A stretch of DNA of 63,032 bases, counting the filler, from Lenisia limosa (taxonomy: Eukaryota > Protista > Breviatea), in NCBI GenBank assembly GCA_001655205.1. It is 17 parts of 17 records of this genome, joined end to end, with 100 filler letters (N's around TTAATTAATTAA, not from the genome) between each part and the next. Parts side by side here need not be neighbours in the genome. Positions count along the whole stretch, not along the records: positions 58,457 to 59,661 come from LPNZ01011063.1; positions 59,762 to 61,299 come from LPNZ01010877.1; positions 61,400 to 63,032 come from LPNZ01003618.1; 14 more parts are not named here. One strand, given 5' to 3'. The notes beneath the pieces were generated by a model, which worked only from the letters and a program-made list of their open reading frames with translations, did not search any database and was not told the DNA's origin. This document shows, in pieces, positions 58,551 through 63,032 of the stretch (positions within the stretch are counted from its first letter, which is position 1; every line of letters starts with the position of its first letter). Made by a program: the position numbers and the translations under genes.

Positions 58551-58717
58551 TGGTGGGTAGGGGTGATTTTGAGTATTTTATTTGAGGTGTGGGGGAGTGA
58601 AATTGGAAAATCATGGGAAAAGCTCAAAATCAACTTGGCTAAAAACACACTAAGTTGATAACAATAATACAAACAAAGCCCAGGCTAGTCGCTTCGGAAG
58701 TACCGCATCCAATCGGG
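58548..58717 (-). repeat. Family B copy upstream of an acceptor
   Basis: Reverse strand GGATGCGGTACTTCCGAAGCGACTAGCCTGGGCTTTG...GTTGATTTTGAGC..ATTTTCCAATTTCACTCCCCC. Confidence 0.75.
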
Positions 58718-59044
58718 GGGGGGGGGGGNNNNNNNNNNNNNNNNNNNNNNNNNGTGGGTGTTTCAAGTGTTTTGTTTAGGATTGAATTGAAGGGTAGGAA
58801 TGTGAAGGAATTTAGTAGCAGATATTACAAAAATTGCTTTGCCATCTTTACATTCCCAGGAAAATGCTCAATAAAACTCTTGGTGTTTCCGTATCCACTG
58901 CAGATGTGGCGTATTACAAGGTTGGTTACTTCATACTCTTGTTTTAGTTGTTCATAAATTTCCCATTTCATCTCCGCCCTCCAACGTTATCCCCCCCCCC
59001 CCCNNNNNNNNNNNNNNNNNNNNNNNNNNNNNNNNNNNNNNNNN

Positions 59045-59419
59045 TTTCTCTGGTCGTGCGCCCTTCCCGGAACACTTCACGTTTAGGTTGGTTGTGTGTT
59101 GTTGGAATAATTAAAGCACTGACAGAGGGGGGAGTCAACATGTAAAACAACAACAAAAGCTGATCTTTATCAGAATGTTGCAAAGCGCTTTTCACCATGA
59201 TAAGTCCTGACATGATTGACTAAAGATAAAGCTCAATATTTATGTTAGGACTTATCGCGGTCAGTGTATGATGTGATTAATTTTCCAATTTTACTTCCCC
59301 TCAGAACAGCCACACACCCTATCACGCTGGCTACCTCCAAAACCACCTCGATTGTGACACTTGACTCACCCTTCCCACGCATTGTTGACGCCTTCGTGTC
59401 GTCTATGGGCGACGAAGAC
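59045..59419 (+). CDS. Two exons, unknown protein
   Basis: FSGRAPFPEHFTF, then TATHPITLATSKTTSIVTLDSPFPRIVDAFVSSMGDED. The second lies between a B-type acceptor (59303-59304) and a GTGGGGGG donor. Confidence 0.4.
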
Positions 59420-59437
59420 GTGGGGGGTTAGGGAATA

Positions 59438-59500
59438 CAGTGACCGGGATAAGTCTTGACCGATTTGCTCTATGATTTCCCAAGGATAATCGGTCAGGAT
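59438..59500. mobile_element. Family D Tc1/mariner-type hairpin MITE (about 80 bp, CAGTG...CACTG termini, TA flanks)
   Basis: TA|CAGTGACCGGGATAAGTCTTGACCGATTTGCTCTAT. Right ends GTCAAGACTTATCCTGGTCACTG|TA at 10020 and 29176. Other copies at 11358-11418, 48185-48246 and 59197-59268. Confidence 0.78.
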
Positions 59501-59761
59501 TTTTCCGGATATATCGAGAAGTTTCTGGATCAGATGAACGCCACTCATTAATCCGTCTTAGTCAAACGCCTCAATAACCCCCTTTAGTTGGACTCCCTGA
59601 AGGTGTCGGAAGTTAGTAGAAGCATCTTTCGAGTTGGCCTCTCGACAACTTCCGCCAATATNNNNNNNNNNNNNNNNNNNNNNNNNNNNNNNNNNNNNNN
59701 NNNNNTTAATTAATTAANNNNNNNNNNNNNNNNNNNNNNNNNNNNNNNNNNNNNNNNNNNN

Positions 59762-61279
59762 CAGGGGCGGCACTCTACGGCAGAGGGCAATGAGCAGCAT
59801 AGGTCGGGCGGGGAGGTCGTGGGCTAGAAAATTATGAAACAAAAAAAGCCCAAATCAACAAAACGAAGAAAAATTCGATGAAAAATATAGAGATATGTGC
59901 GTGAAGAATGGCGGCGAGGTCGTGAGCTTCTTCGTTAGCGGAGAGAGAGAGAGNNNNNNNNNNNNNNNNNNNNNNNNNNNNNNNNNNNNNNNNNNNNNNN
60001 NNNNNNNNNNNNNNNNNNNNNNNNNNNNNNNNNNNNNNNNNNNNNNNNNNNNNNNNNNNNNNNNNNNNNNNNNNNNNNNNNNNNNNNNNNNNNNNNNNNN
60101 GTGTGCGCGTGTGTGAGAGAGAACATGCATAAAAAAGTAAAACCTCAACAATATTGAAAAAAAAGAAAATAAAAGCCATAATAGAACTCCCTTTATTAAT
60201 CAAAAATAATTTAAAACATCCTGGGGCATACTGAGGTAGTCAGGCCAGATCAGGCCATCTGGTGATGCGGGAGGCCATTCGCGGACCGTGGTGACGTGGC
60301 GGCCAGCCTGGGCTTCCTAAATTCATGCATGAAGAGCAATGAGCAGATTCGTACCTGATTTTCTTGCAGCGGCACGAGCAACTTAGCCCAGGAAAAGCGG
60401 GGATCTAAGAGGGTGAGAAGAAGCGATCGAATGCTGGCGATCCAATGGCCATGTCGGCAGTCCTACCTTCTTCGGGGGCAGGAGGGACAAAGTTGGACTT
60501 GAAGTTGACACTAGACGGGTAAACAGGGCAAAAACAGCATCGGGAGGGAAGGAGGCTTACTCCAGTGGAGCGGGGTGGCACATAAGGCCAGCGGAGCGAC
60601 ACGCAAACGCCACAATAGCAGGCCTTAACATGGGAATCGTCAGGAGCTCCTCAGTCAGAATACGGATGGCAGCAGAGCGCAGAATGGCGTTTCTAAGAAA
60701 TAAGAACGGACAACAACAGGGGCCCAACCTGTGGAGAGTGAAGAAGAGGAGAAGGTAGAACGGTTCGTTGACAGCGGGAGCGCGGCTCTTGCAAACGGAA
60801 AGGAGGACATTTAGGGCAACGTCACGCTCCACGGCCTAATAACGTCAAAATAAAAGGCCGCTTATAATAAAATTATCTACAGTTAATCATATGATAGGCA
60901 AGTAAGACTCTAAAAGATGGTGAAACCAGTATCAAATGACCCCCCTCACTTCACACGCGGCGTCAGTGTCGGACAGGGTGGTATCCGGGCCGTCGGCGCA
61001 TCTTCCTTCGGCCCATCGCCGGAGATTGTTCCAAAAGTGGCCGGTGAGGATCGGAAGCTTCGGAAGGAAGATCGGGCAAGTCTCACCTGTGGAGTGAGTA
61101 GCTGCACAACTTCATAAAACGGGATATAAAATAGTTTACGGATACTCTGCCCTTCCTATGACCAATAGAGCCAAGCTGCAGCGTACCAACATCACTTGCG
61201 ACGTATTTGGTGCCGCCGGCAGTGGCCGCAGTTGATACATCAGTTAGGAGGGACCGCGAGAGCAGCGGGCGCAGCGACG
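59762..61279 (-). CDS. Multi-exon gene of unknown function (GC-rich exons)
   Basis: Open segments SSLRPLLSRSLLTDVSTAATAGG, VALNVLLSVCKSRAPAVNEPFYLLLF, DPRFSWAKLLVPLQENQ and LSANEEAHDLAAILHAH. Confidence 0.45.
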
Positions 61280-61723
61280 ACATCAGTGAGCTGAGGAGGN
61301 NNNNNNNNNNNNNNNNNNNNNNNNNNNNNNNNNNNNNNNNNNNTTAATTAATTAANNNNNNNNNNNNNNNNNNNNNNNNNNNNNNNNNNNNNNNNNNNNC
61401 CCCCCCCCCGCCCCATCATACACTATAAGTATTCAAGTACTTCAACAGAGGCCCATACTTCTCTGGACTGAAAATGCATTTCTGAAACTTTTAAAACAAA
61501 ACAAAAAAAACAGTCTTATCTATATAATACTACTATATGTATGTAGAGATGAGGAATAAAAGAAGGCGGTATTTGACCGAAGCCGTATACAATTCCCTAC
61601 GGTCTGAAAAAGACCGTTAAAATATCGATATTTATCGAAAATTTTTGGGACTGTGGGGGAGCCCTAATAATGACATAATACACTGAGTCTTAGTTTCAAA
61701 GAAACGAGAAGCATTCAAAGATA

Positions 61724-62210
61724 CCTCTTTGGTTGGCAGATTTGTGGATCCTAATGGGTCATGCAGATAGACTAGAACCTGGCTTTTGAACTCACTGTCA
61801 ATCTGTGCGGGGGTGGGTGGGTAAAGTAGGAAATTTATGAAACAAAAAAAGCCCCAAATCAAATCTGTTGGCTGACAACACAAAAGGGTTGATAACAACA
61901 AAACAAACAAGCCCAGGCCAGTCGCCTCTGCAGCACCACAACCCATCACTCGCGGGGTAAAATTGGAAAATTTATGAAAATAAAAAGCCCTCAATGCTTG
62001 AGGGGGGGGGGAGAGGTAATCGAAAAATTGAGATACTTTAAGGAGCAGAGTTAAGCCCTCGGTGACACGACACTCACCGTTTGCATCAATAGATTAGTGT
62101 CTGAGTAATAGGCCTCCGATATGCAGGGATTGGGACTGTCAATCAGCTGGATTGTAAGGGAATTGGTCAGAGAAGTGGTAAGTTTGGGGTTACAGCAGTT
62201 GCCCGTTTCC
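61724..62210 (-). CDS. Exons of unknown protein
   Basis: PLSETGNCCNPKLTTSLTNSLTIQLIDSPNPCISEAYYSDTNLLMQT|GTGAGT and, after a B acceptor, IDSEFKSQVLVYLHDPLGSTNLPTKE|GT. Confidence 0.45.
61803..61990 (-). repeat. Family B tail plus full copy in tandem, supplying an acceptor
   Basis: Reverse strand GGGCTTTTT..CATAAATTTTCCAATTTTACCCCGCGAGTGATGGGTTGTGGTGCTGCAGAGGCGACTGGCC...CCCCCGCACAG, followed by an exon. Confidence 0.82.
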
Positions 62211-63032
62211 GACAATGGATTTTTTTTTTTTAGAAGAAATATCTTCAAAAATAATATATAAATATCTTTAAATATCTTCGATTAATGGACCCAACAAAGA
62301 GCACAAAAGCAATGGCAAATATCCATTATTCCAGAGCCCAAATTGTGGCCAATGTCAAGAGGCCCTCCTCACGCTATCAGAAGACTTCATCCACCCCGGA
62401 AGACTCCTTAGTTGTTAGTAATTTGGTAAGAAGGACAGTTACGACTAGGGCTTCCCAACAGTCCAAAAAAGACCGGACAAATATCAATATTTATCGAGGA
62501 TTTATCGATTTAATAAAGCTATAGTATATAATGATAGAAATAAAAAATAAGCTTGTATCTGGCCGAAGCCGNNNNNNNNNNNNNNNNNNNNNNNNNNNNN
62601 NNNNNNNNNNNNNNNNNAAGTCCTGCATAAATGCTGCCTTCTGTTTCCTTCAAAGTCTAAAACTGTAAGCAAAAAAAAGTAATAGAATTATATATGGCAA
62701 TACAATAGGAATGATTAAAGTGGGGCACATTGTTTTATAAGAGATTGGCAGTATTCTTTCGTCTTTGTCAAGATATTTGACCCAGGAAGTGCAGAAGGAA
62801 CAACAAGAAAGCTCTTGACACGAGACAAATGGGGTCAAAACTCCAAAGAAAACAGAAGACTCGGCAGCAACCGAGCCTCTGCAGATCTTTTTTCCCTTGC
62901 TTCATGAAATTAACACAAGAACCCCCACCCCATCCTTCTTCTTTCATCATCCCTTCATTATCTTAAAGAACCCCCCTCCAACTTCAGCAACATATCTCCG
63001 AGCCTTCCGCCTCACCCCAAAGGCAAGAACTC

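Noticed and set aside
515-63032. ORF-track entries containing long X runs
   Set aside because: They are open only because N bases hide stop codons; not evidence of coding.

Overview
Eukaryotic, intron-rich nuclear DNA from a fragmented draft assembly. It has 16 artificial 100-nt gaps (44 N + TTAATTAATTAA + 44 N) plus many irregular N runs, so adjacency across gaps is unproven and the six-frame ORF track mostly misses the real multi-exon genes. Manual splicing recovers a PIP-kinase C-terminus, a large DPF/DLF-motif acidic protein, an ankyrin-repeat protein, a Cys-rich EGF/laminin-like protein, SEC13, HYDIN (so the host is probably flagellated), a DUF11-like repeat protein, a degenerate pogo/DDE_1 transposase, an intron-containing piggyBac transposase, and several unidentifiable genes. 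The main signal is in the introns. A ~150-nt repeat (family B: GTAYGCTGGAGTGATGRGATGCGG...TTTCATAAATTTTCCAATTTTACCCCCCCCAG) occurs about 27 times as whole or partial copies. It is almost always sense to the host gene, repeatedly supplies the 3' splice site, and in two cases appears to begin at the GT donor, making it a candidate introner (intron-generating element). A second family (C) shares the GTAYGCTGG head. Many introns open with GT+G-run and close with C-run+AG. Several TA-flanked hairpin MITEs (A, D) and splice-junction tandem duplications fill the larger introns. I found no prokaryotic features, rRNA, tRNA or CRISPR array. All assignments are by eye, with no database search, and many coordinates of degenerate copies and unidentified genes are approximate.
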